A program made the position numbers and the translations under genes. DNA of 64,000 nucleotides, from the NCBI GenBank assembly GCA_964106915.2, contig OZ066917.1. One strand, given 5' to 3'. The notes beneath the pieces are model-generated. The model ran no database searches. It saw only the letters and a program-made list of their open reading frames with translations, and was not told where the DNA came from. Below are positions 63,016 through 64,000 of the stretch, piece by piece. The stretch's first letter is position 1, and every line of letters begins with the position of its first letter. The stretch comes from Podarcis gaigeae. Its lineage: Eukaryota.

Positions 63016-63840
63016 GTCAGGAGCAGGTGAGGAATAACTCACAAGGTGTCAGTGAAGTTAACTCATTATGCAAATAAACAAAACAGCTCAACCTTAGTAA
63101 GCACAACAACTCCTTCAAGTAGATCTTGCCCCAATTAGGCAGTTGGGAAGACTGAAGGTCTCTGCCTTCCCACAACTGTCAAGTCTCAATTTCCTTCAGA
63201 TCCTTCCCAAATAAACTGGGGCTCCTTCAACTTGTCTGTCTTTGCTCCACTCTCTTCTTACCTCTTCAGGTTCTGGGAGACCAGGGGGAGAAGAGCTGGT
63301 CACACCAGGAGGGGGAGACTCCCTGCCTTCTTCAGCAGTTGGCCTTTTCTCTGCCTCTTGGCCTCCCTCCTCTGCAGCCTCTGCTTTTGCCTCTGATTCT
63401 GGAGCCTCTGCTTTTGCCTCTAATTCTCTCACAGCCTCTTCTTGCTCACTAAACCCTCTTCAGCTTCCAGCACCTCCTTCTCCCAGTCTGCTCCCTATTC
63501 TCCCTCTGACCATTCATCATTGCTACACCACCACCAATCCCCTAGTTTTGAGCCTTTTCCCCTTGGGGGTTCCTCAGCTGGTGCTTCCCACCTATCCTCT
63601 ACATGCAGCCAGTCCATAACACCTGCCTCCTTCAAGCAGGCAGTGACCAGCCCCTCTCACAAGGAGGTATTAACCACTTCCCTGGCTCAGCCAGCTGTCC
63701 CCTTCCTGCTAATTTTTATCAGCCAAGATGGCCAAGATTCCAGAGCATGTGGTCACCCTTGCCAAATGCAAGCTCCTTGCCCATGACCTCGGGCCTTTAC
63801 TTTGAAACTAAAAGAAAATATCAAGCAAGTGACACTGACA
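63016..63840. mobile_element. Possible solo-LTR-like repeat (TGTCA...TGACA) with pyrimidine-rich core
   Basis: TGTCA and TGACA ends abutting the L2 fragment, with an E-rich low-complexity antisense frame. No TSD seen. Confidence 0.3.
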
Positions 63841-64000
63841 TATGTAACCTAAAACTAGCTCAAACAACTTTCTCTCAGATTTTATTTGAATCTGCCATCG
63901 AGATGAAGTCATAGTTTGCCGTACTAAGCAAATTTTAATGGCCCAAATTACAAGCTAGTAAAATTAGAGGTCATCTCACAAATAGTGAGAGACCTTGAAC

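Overview
Vertebrate, AT-rich, repeat-dominated DNA with no recognisable host protein-coding gene (intergenic or deep intronic). The Sauria/POM-type SINEs and the L1, L2, CR1 and Penelope repertoire point to a squamate, probably a lacertid lizard (inference). Main contents: (1) a near-intact 6.2-kb L1 on the minus strand (29900-36064) with a 17-bp TSD, an open 1250-aa ORF2 and a frameshifted ORF1; (2) a 5.9-kb tyrosine-recombinase (DIRS/Ngaro-like) retrotransposon (14597-20482, minus) with decayed gag and RT, a YR domain and an open SGNH-hydrolase ORF; (3) two short non-coding relatives of that element (3372-4398, minus; 37209-38678, plus, interrupted by an L1 3' fragment); (4) an inverted Penelope pLTR pair carrying two minimal hammerhead ribozymes (53195-53439); (5) SINEs, Tc1/mariner and hAT MITEs, L2/CR1 fragments, microsatellites and one assembly gap. 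The most notable observation is that all three YR-family elements, though divergent in sequence, share a roughly 290-340-nt 3' domain closed by a TAGGCATTGG...CCAATGCCTA inverted repeat and filled with co-varying hairpins. They also share a 5' terminal hairpin and a CAYGCAA 3' end, and I see neither TSDs nor the canonical Ngaro split direct repeats or DIRS internal complementary region. All alignments and folds were done by eye.
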